A DNA stretch of 64,000 nt from Hypanus sabinus (taxonomy: Eukaryota). Positions 1 through 13,500 of the stretch are shown one piece after another (within the stretch, counting starts at the first letter, position 1; each line of letters begins with the position of its first letter). The notes under the pieces are model-generated. The model was not told the origin of the DNA. It worked only from the letters and a program-made list of their open reading frames with translations, and made no database searches. The stretch lies in assembly GCF_030144855.1 (NCBI RefSeq), contig NC_082709.1, positions 159,216,001 through 159,280,000 on the forward strand. Reading direction: 5' to 3'. The position numbers were made by a program, and so were the translations under genes.

Positions 1-129
1 ATACAACAGTACTTCCAGCCATCTCCCCAGGTCTAAATCCTGGCAGGCACTCCCAGAGTGTTGTTTTTCTAACTTCACAAAAATTTCTGAAAGGCGGCTC
101 TCTGCTAGAACATAATTTGGTAAGGTGGA

Positions 130-1149
130 GCCATATCTCACCCAACAATTAATTGGAATACAGGAATGATTCGAATCCGGTTAATTGCCACTGATGCATG
201 TTGCGAAATTTGTTGTTTTGTGGCAGCTGTGCAGTGCAGGCAAAACAAATTACTGTAAGTTACAATAAAGAATAAATAAGTCATGCATGAAGCAAGAGAA
301 AGGTAGTGTTCATGAACCATTCAGAAATCTGATGATGGGGAAAAGAAACTGTTCCTAAACTGTTGAGTGTGGGAATCCTGTCACAGACGGTGAGGGCCCT
401 TCACAATGGATGCCGGCATCTTGAGGAAATGCCTGCTCTACAGAAGGGAAACCTGAGATCATGATGAGTCTGCAACCCTCTGAAGCCTCTTACACTCCTG
501 TGCATTGGCATCTCCCTACCAGGCGATGATGCAACCAGTCAGAATGCTCTCTATGGTACAAACGTAGAAATTCGGTAACTTAGCAAAATCTCCTCAAACC
601 CCTAATAAAGTACTGTATAGCCATTGGGACGTCTTTTTAATGATTGCATCAATGTTGGCCCCAGGATAAATCCTTAGATATTTTGATGCCATGTAAGCTG
701 CTCACCCGTTCCACCGCTAGCCCCTCAATGAAGACACAAGCATGTTCTCTTGACTTCCCCTTCCTTACATCCACAATCACCTCTTTCATCTTGCTGACAT
801 TGAATGCAAGCTTGTTACTGCGACATCACTCAACCAGCCAATCTATTTCACTCCTGAACACTTCCTCGTCACCACCTGAGGTTCTGCCAACAACAGTCTC
901 ATCATTGGCAAATTTATAAAATGGAATTTGAGCTGTGCATGGAGTCCACAGTGAAGGAGCTGGAACAGATGTTCCCAACCTTTTTTATGCCATGGACCAC
1001 TATCATTAAGCAAGGGGCCCAAGGACCCCAGGTTAGGAACACCTGCTCCATGGAGTAGAACAATGGACTAAGCATGCATCCTTGAGGTGTGTCTGTGTAG
1101 ACTGTCACTGAGGACAAGATGTTAACACCATTTCATACTGACTGTCAGC
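130..1149 (-). mobile_element. Degraded Rex1/Babar-like non-LTR retrotransposon, 3' part; continues at 2848-3330 after a Penelope insertion
   Basis: Minus-strand RT fragment TPQGCMLSPLFYS (ORF 914..1117). The host sequence resumes after the 14-bp TSD at 2834-2847. Confidence 0.65.
966..1045. mobile_element. hAT-Charlie-type MITE (80 bp)
   Basis: Imperfect TIRs CAGATGTTCCCAACC / GGTTAGGAACACCTG. A related copy lies at 44983-45048. Confidence 0.65.
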
Positions 1150-1163
1150 TCCCTATCAGGAAG

Positions 1164-2833
1164 ACGTACAAAAAAGCTGGATGAACTCAGCAGGTCGGGC
1201 AGCATCCGTTGAAATAAGCAGTCAACATTTCAGGTCGAAACCCTTCGTCAGGACTACAGAAGGAGGGGGCAGGGGTCCTATAAAGAAGGTGGGGAGAGGG
1301 TGGAAAACCAATCAGAGGAAAGATCAAGGGGTGGGGCAGGGGAAGCAGGGAGGGGATAGGCAGGAGAGGTGAAGAAGGAATCTAAGGGGAAAGCACTATG
1401 GGTAGTAGAAGAAGGTAGAGTCATGAGACATGATAGGCAGCTAGAAGAGGAGACAGAATAGAGGTGGGATGGGGAAGGGAGAGGGAGAGAATTACCGGAA
1501 GTTGGAGAATTCGATGCTCATACCAAGGGGCTGGAGACTACCCAGACGTTATATGAGATGTTGTTCCTCTAACTGAAGTTTAGCCTCATCATGGCAGTAG
1601 AGGTGGCCATGTATGGACATATCTGAACAGGAATGAGAGGGAGAGTTAAAGTGAGTGGCAACTGGGAGATCCTGTCTGTTGTGGCGGATGGAGCATAGGT
1701 GCTTGATGAAGCAGTCCCCCAATCTGCGTTGGGTCTCACCGACGTAGAGGAGGCCGCACCGAGAGCACTGTATGCAATAGATTACCCCAACAGACTCACA
1801 AGTGAAGTGTTGCCTCACCTGGAAGGACTGTTTGGGGCCCTGAATGGTGGGAAGAGATGAGGTGTAGGGACAGGTGTAGCACTTACGCTTGCAGGGGTAA
1901 GTGCCAGGTGGGAGATCTGTGGGGAGGGACGTGTGGACCAGGCAGTCGCGGAGGGAACGATCCCTGCGAAAAGCAGAGAGGGATAGAGAGGGAAAGATGT
2001 CCTTAGTGGTGGGGTCCTGTTGAAGGTGGCGGAAGTTGCGGAGGATAATATGCTGGATCCGGAGGCTGGTGGGGTGATAAGTGAGGACAAGGGGGACACG
2101 GTCCCTGTTGTGCTGACGGGAGGATGGGGTGAGTGTTGAAGTGCAGGAAATGGAGGAGATGCGGGTGAGGGCATCATTGATGACGGCAGAAGGGAAACCA
2201 CGATTCTTAAAGAAAGAGGACATTTGAGATGTCCTGGAACGGAAAGCCTCATCCTTGCAGCAGATGCGGCGGAGACGGAAGAACTGGGAATAGGGAATAG
2301 AATTTTTGCATTTGGCAGGGTGGGAAGAGCTATAATCAAGGTAGTTATGGGAGTCAGTGGGTTTATAGAAGATTCAGTGGACTGTCTATCTTCAGAGATC
2401 GAGAAAGGGGAGAGAAGTGTCCGAGATGGACCAAGTGAATTTGAGGGCTGGGTGAAAGTTAGAGGCAAAGTCAATGAAATTGATGAGCTCAGCGTGGATG
2501 CAGGAAGTAGCACCAATGTAGTCGTCAATGCATCAAAGGAAAAGTTGGGGAGCAGTACCAGTATAGATTTGGAGCATAGACTGTTCCACATAACCCAAGA
2601 AGAGGCAGGCATAGCTAGGGCCCATGCAAGTGCCCATAGTTACACCCTTGATCTGGAGAAAGTGGGAAGAGCGGAAAGAGAAGTTATTAAGTGTGAGTAC
2701 CAGTTCCGCCAACCTGAGGAGTGTGGTGGTGTTGGGGGACTGCTGCTTTCAACAGATGCTGCCCGACCTGCTAAGTTCATCCAGCTTTTTTGTATGTCTT
2801 GATTTGACCACAGCATCTGCAGCGCACTTTGTG
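1164..2833 (-). mobile_element. Penelope-like retroelement (probably Neptune-type), 5'-truncated, with inverted pseudo-LTR and 14-bp TSD
   Basis: ORF 1549..2223 has a Cys-rich linker (CKRKCYTC) and a GIY-YIG nuclease (VIYCIQCSRCGLLYVGETQRRL). Frameshifted RT pieces run to about 2737. Inverted arms of about 63 bp at 1161-1223 and 2738-2800. TSD TCCCTATCAGGAAG at 1150-1163 and 2834-2847. Confidence 0.9.
1220..1255 (-). ncRNA. Degenerate minimal type I hammerhead ribozyme motif in PLE pseudo-LTR
   Basis: Reverse complement reads AGTC-CTGACGA-AGGGTTTCGACCT-GAAA-TGTT-GACT. Confidence 0.6.
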
Positions 2834-2847
2834 TCCCTATCAGGAAG

Positions 2848-3330
2848 TTTGGAATCCAATTGCAGGGGTACAGAGGCCCAGGTTTTGAAGCCTGTTGATT
2901 AGTACAGCGGGGATGATGGTATGGAACGCTGAGCTATACTTCATAAAGAGCAGACTGACGTAGATATTGCTGCTGTCCAGGTGGTCCAAAGGCCAGTGAA
3001 ATTGCATCCACTATAGATCTGTTCTGCTGGCAGAGTACAGGTCCTTGTTCAAGCAGGGGTTAATTCTAGCCATGACCAGCCTCAGAGCACTTCATCACAG
3101 TAGATGTGACAGCTACTGGGCAATAGTCACTGAGGCAGCTCACCCTACTCTTGGGCATGGCATGATTGATGGCCTTTTGAAGCAGATGGGAGCTTCTAAT
3201 TGCCGCAGTGAGTGGTTGAAAACGTCCTCGAATACTCCAGCCAGGTTTTCAGTACTCTGCCAGGTGTGTCATTGGGGCTGGACTCCGTGTCGGGGTTCAT
3301 TCACCCTCTTGAAGGATGTTCTGATGTTGA
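2848..3330 (-). mobile_element. Continuation of the Rex1-like LINE split by the PLE
   Basis: Continuous with 130-1149 across the TSD; degraded RT-like sequence. Confidence 0.6.
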
Positions 3331-4379
3331 CCCGAGACAGAGACAAAGAGCTTAGTAACATGATTTCATGACAATAATCTTTCCCTCAATGTCAGTAAAG
3401 CAGAAGAGCTGGTCATTCAGTTCAGCAGTTCCTGTCTACATTAATGATCTTGAGGCTGAGAGGCTTGTGAGCATTATGCTGTCCTGCTCTGACTGTGTAG
3501 ATGTAACCACCAAGAAAGCCACTACTTCCCCATCAACCTTTACCAATTTTTATCGATGCATCTTAGAAAGCATCTATTTGGATGCATAACGGTTTGGTAT
3601 GGCAATTGTTCTGCACAATTCTGCAAGAAACTGCAGCGCTCACCCCACAGCAACCAGCCTCTCCTCACTGGACTACATTTACAGTTCCCACTGCCTCAGT
3701 AAAGCAGCCAGTATAATCAAAGACCCCACCCACTCCGGTCACTCTCTTCTTCCATCGGGCAAAAGATACAAAAACTTGAAAACATGAACCACCAGGCCAA
3801 AGTACAGGTTCCAACCTACTGTTATAAGACTATTATAAGGTTCCCAGGAACAATAAATTAAGCTCTTGACCTCATAATCTACCTGTACTATAGCTGCTAC
3901 AATTTGTTCTGTACATTGAGGTTCTGGAGATGCTAGAGATCCTAAGCAACAACAAAAAAAAACTGCTGAAGGAACTCAGCAAGTCAGGCTGTATCCCTGG
4001 AAGGGAACAAACAGTCAAATTTTGGGCCCTTAATAGCTAGATAGGAAGGAGACAGAAGCCAGAAGGGGATGGAGTACAACTGGCAGGTGATAGGTAAGGT
4101 AAGAAGGAACCTGCGTCGTTGTTTTACATGGTTCTACCTCAGTGCACTGTGTAACGATCTGATCTGTACGCACAGTATGCAAGACAAGTTTTTCAACTGT
4201 ATCTCGTTACGTGACAATATTCCAATTAACACTGACTTCTTCAGCAATACACAGAAAAATGAAATACTGTAAATAATGAAAGCTCGATTAATATAATGTC
4301 AGGAAAGCAAATTTGTGCTAGAGTTACTGAATTCATCGAACTGTAAAATTAAGAATCACAACTAGACTGTCCCGTGAGG

Positions 4380-4490
4380 AACCCAATAACAAAGGTACGC
4401 CACTTCGATGTTTTCAATCCCTTGGCGCCAGGAAGTGACGTAGCGCAAGCTCCCAGGAGCCTCCGGGGTGTTAGGTTGATTGGAAATGGC
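4380..4490 (+). promoter_or_regulatory. PCNP CpG-rich TATA-less promoter
   Basis: CCAAT at 4383, E2F-like TTGGCGCC at 4422-4429, overlapping ETS/CRE motif CAGGAAGTGACGT at 4429-4441, and YY1-like AAATGGCGG over the ATG. CpG-rich to about 4760. Confidence 0.7.
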
Positions 4491-4531
4491 GGAGCGAACG
4501 CATTTGGAGCAGGCGAAGCTGCAGGATGAAG
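4486..4531 (+). CDS. PCNP: PCNP coding exon 1
   Basis: ATG in AAATGGCG context; donor AAG|GTGCCG; phase 1 joins exon 2 to give G-P-E-E. Confidence 0.85.
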
Positions 4532-7500
4532 GTGCCGGTTCCTAATCTTTTACCACACAGAGCGCGGCAGCAAGTGCAGTGCTACACATTACATGCTACC
4601 GCGTTAGTGAAGGAAAGACATTTGTGTATAAAATTCATAAGGACGCATGGAGGAGTGCGGGAGGGTGACCGGGGCGGGCCCCCAGCGGGATGAGAGGCGA
4701 AAGCGGGTTTTTTTCCCCCTTTGATCTGTCACGCCTAATTTGATACGTTGCCGATAAAGGCTCACCTTTCAGTTGTAAATCATTTAATGGGGTTGTGTTT
4801 ATCAGCAAGGAGTTCTGTTAACGTTAGCCAGCCTTACCCTATCTGTGAACTTTAGATCCTTAATAACGTGGTTGACTCAAACTGCCCCTGCAGGCCAGCC
4901 AGTTCGGAGGCGGATCCAGTGAACGAACAAAATAAAGTTCCTCGTGCCTAAATGTTAGGGTTGAAGTGAAAATTTATCAAACTTGGCATATTTGTTTAAA
5001 AGCAACCTTACAGGTTTTAAAAAATAAATTTGTACTTGATATAGTTGCAGATTTAATACCTTTTCTGTATTTTTTTAATGAAACGTAGTATCTGACTCCT
5101 ATTATGTCAGTTTGATGTAAAATGCCACCACCTGATGTGTATTTGATTGTAGTTTAAGTTTACTTCAAATTATTCAGTAATTTTAGCCATGTCCTTAATG
5201 AATCAGTCGAGATGCAAAGGACCATATGGTCTACCTTTTATAATCTTGCAATCCTATCTAATATGTTGATTTGGATTGGTTATTTTATTTAATTGAGGTA
5301 GCTGAAAGCAAGCATTAACACTTTGGGCGAGGTTAGGAATATATAACAGTACAGCACAGGTTGTATAGGTTGGCCCAAGATGTGCCAACCTATACAAACC
5401 TAGTCTACAATCTATCTAACGCTTCCCTCCTACGTAGCCTGTAACCCTCCTTTTTTTTACATCCATGTACTTCTTGAGTCCAGCTTATAATTTTCTAGGT
5501 GCCATCCTTTTGGCTGTACTAATCTTTCTTTAATTTATGTATTGAATGTTAATTTGCCACAAAATGCAGGGTAAAACCAGTTGATAAGAGCTAAGAACAC
5601 GGCTAGGGCAATGGGCCTCTCAGTCCTGCTCTGCCTTTCAATCAGATGATTGCTGATTTTCTAACTTAGTCCTGTTTTTAAGTCCTCCTAAATCCTTGAA
5701 AATTTTAACTCCCCAGAAATCAACTAGAATCTCAGCTAATGACTGAACTTCTGTGGTAGAAATTTCCAAAGATTCCTCACTCTGGGGTGAAGGGAGTTCA
5801 AAACAAATCGATCTAGCTGTATTCTCCAATAATGACATAAAGTTCTTGGAAATACCCTCCATGTGTCTGTCTTGATGTACCCCTTAAGAATTTTGTATTT
5901 TTCAATGAATTAACTTCTGAGTCTTCCGACCTGAAAAATAGACGTCTATCTTATTCAATCTCTCCTGACATAATGGACCTGGCATGATAGGAACCAGTCT
6001 GGTAAACTTTTACTGCGCTCACCCTATAGCAAGTACAGTATATTCTTTTTAAGAAAGGAGATTAAAATTGTACACAGTACTCCACTGTATTCTAGGCCTT
6101 CTATAACTCCAATGTGACACCATTATTCTGTAATACACACAAATGCTGGAGGAACTCTGCAGCTCAGGCAACAGTCATGAAGAGGAATGAACAGCCAATG
6201 TTTCGAGCTGAAATTCTTCATCAGGAATCTTCTGATCACTTGTTCAGTCAATTCCAGTATGTCCTTTGCCTTCCTAATTGTTGTGCTTGCATGTTACCTA
6301 TCAATTTCTAATGCATAAAGACACATGTTTCCCTTTGAACATAAATATTTCAGACTCTTCAAGTTAAAAAGTACTTAGCATTTTCACATTTTATGCTACT
6401 GACCACATTTTGTCCACTCAGCCTGTCGATGCCTCAAATCTATTTCTGATCACTTTGTTACTCTCATTCTGATTAGTTTTGTATCTGGAGTACATGTGGA
6501 AATATTGCATTTGATCCTCCTCACTCAGATCATTGACACAACTTGTGAATAGTTGGAGCCCTGTCATTGCCAACTAGTTGACAGCTTGCCAACCCAAGAA
6601 AGATCCATTAACTTTTCCATTCTTGTTTTCTACAAATTCTGAATGTGTCATTATATCACCATTATTCCATGTTAAGCTTGTTTATCAAGCTTCTGTGTGG
6701 GACCCTGATCTTTATGAAAATCCATTAGTTTCCACTTATGTGCTCTGCTGGATATATCCACAAAGTCATACAGACTAACTACATTAGTCAAATGCAGTTT
6801 CTCTTTAATAAATCCATGTTGAGACTGAAAAATCGGTCTGATATTTTCCAAGCGTCAATAGATTCCAGTATTTTCCCCACCATTGTTAATCAGGGTAGCA
6901 GTTTGGAAAGTTCCAATTTGTCTCTCCATTTCTTAAATGGTGGCATCACGTTTGCCACCCTGCTATCTACAGAAGTTAAAATCTCTAGAATTTTAGATTC
7001 TATAGAATCTAAAATATGTAAGATATGTAAGAATGTAAGATATTTAGAGCCATTATCTTTATAGTCAACTGTTTCAAAACTTTGCGATGAAAATCTTCAA
7101 GTCTGAGGTTACTAGTACTCTGGCTCATTATCATTTCTAGTAGATTTTTTTTTACTAATACCAACTTCGCCTATTTTGCATTGTGTGATTCACATTTTGG
7201 CAACACAAAAAATCCAGTAGGACCAAATCAGTACTAGTTTTAATTAATGAAGTATCCTCGTTGCTGCTCTGTACTAAATTGAATATAACAGTATCATAGG
7301 GGACATTGCAGCAACTTGCCAAGTAAATGTAAACTCACATTACAGTAATAGGTAGCTTGCAACTTAGATTTGTTTAGCCATGCTCGGACATGAGATGATT
7401 CCATTATATTTTCAGCACAGGAAAAGAAAATGCTATGAATACTCAACAGACCGTACAATGTTTGTGTTAAGATTAATCTTACAAATCAGTGACTTTTTTA

Positions 7501-10500
7501 AAATTAGGACTGATTCATGCTTCCAGTTCTGATGAATGGTGGTTGATTAGTTGCTGCCTGGTCTGAGTATTTTTGGAAGTTAGTGTTTTGCATTTCCTCT
7601 AGTATATTTTTGGTGTGTAGATTTGAATATAGTTTTCTTTCAAATAATGCATTGATTGTGCTGTGCTTAAAACCTATAGTAATTTGTTGTGGAAGTCACA
7701 TTTAATAAATCACTTTTTAAGAATTATTTAATTCTTATAGTAATCTTGCAGAAATAAAGTTTTGTATAGTATAAATGGAGAGCAATAGTGATTAGGGAGT
7801 CAAAGTGGACTTTTCATACTGTGTATGTTTTGTATATAACAACCCAATGTTGCATCCATTTCTGTCTTCTAATTAACAGGCCAATGAAAGGAATGCTTGC
7901 TAGGTCCTGGGCTGTTTTGTTGGAATGCAGAGAATATTTGTTAAGAAAAATGTGATATTGGGGGTATATAAAAATAAGGCTCTTAGCTAGCACCTCTGTT
8001 AAAATCATTTGAATCTGAAAACTATGCAAGTTCTTTGTTCAAAATTAGGAGGAATTTGTTTTAAAACTGTCAATTCTGAATTGAAAATAATTACTTCTCA
8101 AAACAAAATTTTATTCTATAGTAAATCAACATATGTAAAACTATTCAATCTTAAGTTTTTGGTTGTCATTTGCTATTCTGAATTTTGTCTCTAGAATTAA
8201 CTTTAATCAGACAGATTTCAAACTAATTGAAAGATTTGAAAAATTGTCTATTTTTAAATTTAACATCACTGGAACATATGTACGCTGCTGGACACTGAAA
8301 AGTAAGACCAAGATTCACAAATGTAGAAAATGAAATTTCTTGAACTGTGAATCTGTTTATCCTGGTATTGATTTTGGCCACCAGTTATTTTAGGATTTGC
8401 CAATGTGGCTAAAATGTTATATCCCAACGCCGCTTAAAATGTTAACACCAGAAAATCTACAGTTTGGAAAGTACTTGGTGAATGTGTATTCATTGTGGAC
8501 CTTTTGGTCTACTAAAATCTGTACTGTTTTGGTCCTGTGAATTTTTTCTGGGGTCCAAGAAACAGGAGCACTGGATTAATCCTGCCCTGAAACTGAAATT
8601 TAGAGTCTATCCATCTATGAAATGGTTTTCTAGAGCCTGCATCTACTATATCTGACAAACAGTGGAAGAGACTGCTGGTTCAGTCAATGCACACCCACAG
8701 AAGCTCCTTAAATGCTTATTGAGGTTGCTGCAATCGTCAAAGTGCTCGATAAAAGTATCTCATCTTGGTAAGTTGTTTCGACTCCACCAGGACCAGAAGA
8801 GAAAGCAGAGAAAACTGTGAAAACTAAGACTGTTTCTTCCAGTAATGAAGGAGAAAGTTCAAGTCGAAATGCAGAGAAAAGAGCAGCTAACGAAAGAGAT
8901 CAAGACGACTCAGCTGCTGGGGATACAAACAACAAACCCACGCCTGCAAAAGTCTCAAAAGTTGGATTTTCCATAGGAAGTACAACTCTAAAGAAGCCAG
9001 CCCCAATATCCATCAAATTAGGAGCAAATGTAAGTAACGACTTTTTTTGGTTTTGTTTATAATGTGGTTGGAGGCTAGAGTAGTTAATGACAATCATTTA
9101 TTGAAAGGATGTAAATGGGATGGCATTTTCCTTATGTTGAGGCTACGTCCACACTAAACCGACGTTTTCGTCCCCCAAAACTGGAGCTTTACAGAAACGT
9201 TTTCCAGGGTGGGTATTTTTGAAAACGCCGCTCGGGCAGTTAAGTGTGGACGGGGTAACCAGAGAAATCTGAAAATGCTGTCAGACGACAGCACGCCATT
9301 TCATTGTTTTCTTGAATGCAACCCAACAATTTCAGAACAGATGGCAACGAGACTGAAGCCAGAAGAGTTAAATGTACTCACCAAATACTTTGACCCATAA
9401 CTTACTGAATAAATAGGTATACTCACTTTGCCCTGTTTTCTGTCTTTGCTTATATGAAGGTGGTTTACCTATTTATGCAAGTACTTCTCTGACAATAGAT
9501 GTGTAACAGCCTAATGTAACATTGTGTGGAAATACAAGATAATACTGATGCAGACATGTTTTACACATTTAACAAGGTGCTTTATTAATGCAACAGAGTT
9601 AGTTAGTTTTTCAATGTTCATCGTCAGTGGGGTCATACTGTCCATGAACTCCCTGTCGGTTGCCTCCGTACGCTTCAGTGTTTTTTTTTACTTTTAAGTC
9701 CTCCTGAGCGAGAGCCAACAGCTGCCTGTTGTTTAAGTTTTTCTAGTCTGTAGCTGAACAAACATGCACCATCTTTCACAGCAAGATTCGACATCAAACA
9801 TGTTTTCAGTAGATGTGTCCTGCGCAAGCACAGTAGGGGGAGATTCGCCGAAATATCCATTTCAGTGTGGACAGAGATAGTTTTTAAAAATGCGTAGTGT
9901 GGACACCTGTCGTTTTTACGCGAAACCGGCATTTTCAAAATTATCCAGTCTGGTGTGGATGTAGCCTGAGTTTTCCCTACCAAACAGCTTAACTCGTTCA
10001 GATTCAAATGGAGCATAAGCTGTGAGATATATAACTGAGGCAGAAGAATATCAGTATGAGATACTAATATATGAGCATTAAACCTACGAATGGATTGCAT
10101 TGAGGACCAAACTAAATTTCACGGAGATATATTGTCAGTCTTTTCGTTCATCCTATTTTCATTTAATTCTAACATTCTCCTAATTAAGTGGAATGTACTT
10201 AATTTAAGGCATGTGAACAGTGCAGAGTTAAGAAATGTTAATGTTCAAAGTCAAGCTCAGATTGTCGTGTTACCTTCAGAATGTACTTGCCTCCAGTCTG
10301 TTTTTTAATGGTTATCGTTAGAAAAAGAGGCTGCCCCAGTAGAGCACTTGAATATCAAACAATTCATAGTTTATAAAGATGATCCTTGTAAGAAAGGTAA
10401 AATATAGAAATTGAAAAATTTATTGCAAATTTAACTTGGAATAACATGTTTTTGTAATAACAAATTTATATCCAACCTGATTCTGAAATGACAGTGTAAA

Positions 10501-13500
10501 TTCTTAACTCTTACGTTGGGCTATGCTTACCAAGTTGGAATATTTTAGATGAAATCATTCAGGCAATGTTGCTGATTTTCTTACAAACTATGTAAAAATG
10601 TAGTAGTGTGTTTTTTTTCAGTCAATAGATTTTTTTGGGTGACTAATTAAACCCAAGTCCTTGTGGGGGATCAGTTGGCTAGATCTTAGAGCATTTGCCC
10701 CAGTATCCCTGCTCTCTGCCTCTTGTTGCTCAGACGTTTTCACAGAACAGTAATTCACCATCAATTCCATTAACTTCATCAGAGCTAGCTATCTGTACTG
10801 AGACATTAGTGACTCCATATTGAAATTTCTGTGGATGCTATCTTTTTGTCACCTTGTTACAAAATTTCACATAGATTCATCAGTATTAGCATATCCTTTA
10901 AAATACAAAAATAAATTACTGTAAATACTGGATATCAGAACAAAAAATATAAAATTCCAGGAATACCTGACTTGTGGGGCAACATTTGAAGAATAGTGTT
11001 TCAGGTCACTTATTTTTCATTTGAGTAAACTTCCTGGAAAATCATGTTGATCGTAACTAATTCTCTGAATATTTTCAGAACGCTCAGTTGCTGAGACCAT
11101 ATTTTTAGGTTCAAATATTGTGTCTGGTGCTACATGCTCTCAGGCTTTTGTATCATTCAGGCTATTGATAGAATAACATAAGCAGGTATTATAAGCATGG
11201 ATCATTATTAGAATAGCCATGATTAATAGAAGGAAACTAAAAGAGTTAAAATGGAAGGGATAGTGAGGTTATTGAAATGTATGCACTCCTCAAATTGAAC
11301 TGAAATATTTATAAACTGAGTGGTTAGCAAGGGAATGTGGTGGACTGCATTTGGAAAAAAAGAGAACTGACGCTACTTCGAAAGACGAACTTAATCTGAA
11401 TGACATTCAAACTTATTAATGGTATTGATAAATAAGGAAAAACTGATTTCATGTGTAGTTTCACTATAATGTGTTTTGAGTAGTTGTAAAGGTTCAAACA
11501 GAGTCTCATAACATCTAGTTAGGAAAATAGTTCATGTAACTTTTTATTTTTATTTTGGTTGCATTGATTCATGCATGATCCATTCCTGTCCCGTAGAAAC
11601 CAAAAGAAAATCCACCTGTCCTAGCTCCAAAGAAGCCTTCAGTTGCTGCAGTCTTTAATGAAGATGATGATGTAAGTGTATTTTCTAAAAGTAATGTGTT
11701 ATAGAACCAAAGCGAAATTATGAAAAAGCCATTTGGCCTTTCCACGATGGCTGATCTTATACCTCTGCATCACTTCGTGCATTAACTTTGATATCATTAA
11801 TATTTAAACATCTTATTGATAAGACCGTAAGATATAGGAGCGGAATTAGGCTATTTGGCCCATCAAGTATGCTCTCCCATTTCATCATGGCTGATCCATT
11901 TTTTCTCTCAGCCCTAATTTCTGCCTTCTCATATTCCTTCATGCCCTGACCAATCAAGAATCTATCAACCTCTGCCTTAAATATATGTAAAGGCTTGGCC
12001 TCCACAGCTGCCTGTGGTAAAGAATTCCACAGATTCACCACTCTGGCTTAAGAAATTCCTCCTCATCTTTGTTCTGAAAGGAAGTCCCTCTATTCTGAGA
12101 CAGTGTCCTCTGGTTTTAGACTCTCCCAGTTTGGGAAACTTTGTCTCCACATACACTCTATGTAGGATCTTCACCATTTGATAGGTTTCAATGAGATCAC
12201 GCCTCATTCTTTCGAATTCTAGTCAATACAGGCCCAAAGCCATCAAACACTCTTCATGTAACAAGCTATTCAATCTTGGAATCATTTTCTTGACCCTCCT
12301 TTGAACCCTCTCCAGTTTCAGCACATCCTTTCTAAGATGAAGAGCCCAAAACTGCTCACAATAATCCAAGTGAGACCTCATCAGTGCTTTATAGTCTCAA
12401 CATCACAACCTTGTTTTTATATTCTAGTTCTCCTAAAATGAATGCTAACATCGCATTTGCCTTCCTCACCACAGACTCAACCTGCAAGTTAACCTTTGGG
12501 GAATCCTGCAAAAAGAACTCTCAAGTCCCTTTGCACTTCAGCTTTTTTCGTATTTTCCCTCCATTTAGAAAATAGTCAATTCTTTCATTTATTCTACCAA
12601 AGTGCATGACTATACACTTCCTGACACTGTATTCCATCTGCCATTTCTTTGCCCATTCTCCTAATCTGTCTGTCCTCTGTAGCTTCTCTACTTCCTCAAA
12701 ACTACCTACTCCTCCATCATCTACATCATCTGCAAACTTTGCAACAATTCCATCATCCAAATCATTGAAGTATAACGTAAAAAGAATCGGCCCCAACACA
12801 GACCCCTGTGGTACATCACTAGTCACTGGCAGCCAACCAGAAAAGGCTCCCTTTATTTCCACGCTTTGCCCCCTGCCAATCAGCCACTGTTTTATCTAGA
12901 ATCTTTCCTGTAATATCATGGACTTGTAGCTTATTAAGCAGCCTCATGTGTGACACCCTGTCAAAGATCTTCTGAAAGTTCCAGTACACAACATCATCTG
13001 ATTCTCCTTTGTTTATATCCTGCTTGCTATTTCTTCAAAGAATTCCAACAGATTTTTCAGACAAGATTTTCCTTTGAAACCATACCAACTATGGCCTACT
13101 TTATCATGTGCCTCAAAGTACCCAGACCTCAGCCTTAATAATTGACTCCAACATCTTCCTAAACACTGAGTTTAGACTAACTAACTTATAGTTTCCTTTC
13201 TTCTGCCTCTCTCCCTTTCTGAAGAGTGGAGTGACATCTGCAATTTTCCAGTCTTCTGGAACCATTTCAGAACCTTGGGGTGTACACCATCTGGTCCAAG
13301 TGACTTATCTAACTTCAGACCTTTCAGTTTCCCAACAACCTTCTTTCTAGTTATGGTAACTTCACATGCTTCATGCTCCCTGACACCTAGAACTTCCATC
13401 ACACTGCTAGTTTCTTCTGCAGTGAAGACTGATACAAACTACTTATTCAGTTTGTCTGCCATTTTGTTGTACCTCTCCAGCATCATTTTCCAGTGGTCCA

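Noticed and set aside
1815-2802. 265-aa and 192-aa ORFs as host genes
   Set aside because: They are out-of-frame or antisense readings of the frameshifted Penelope RT.
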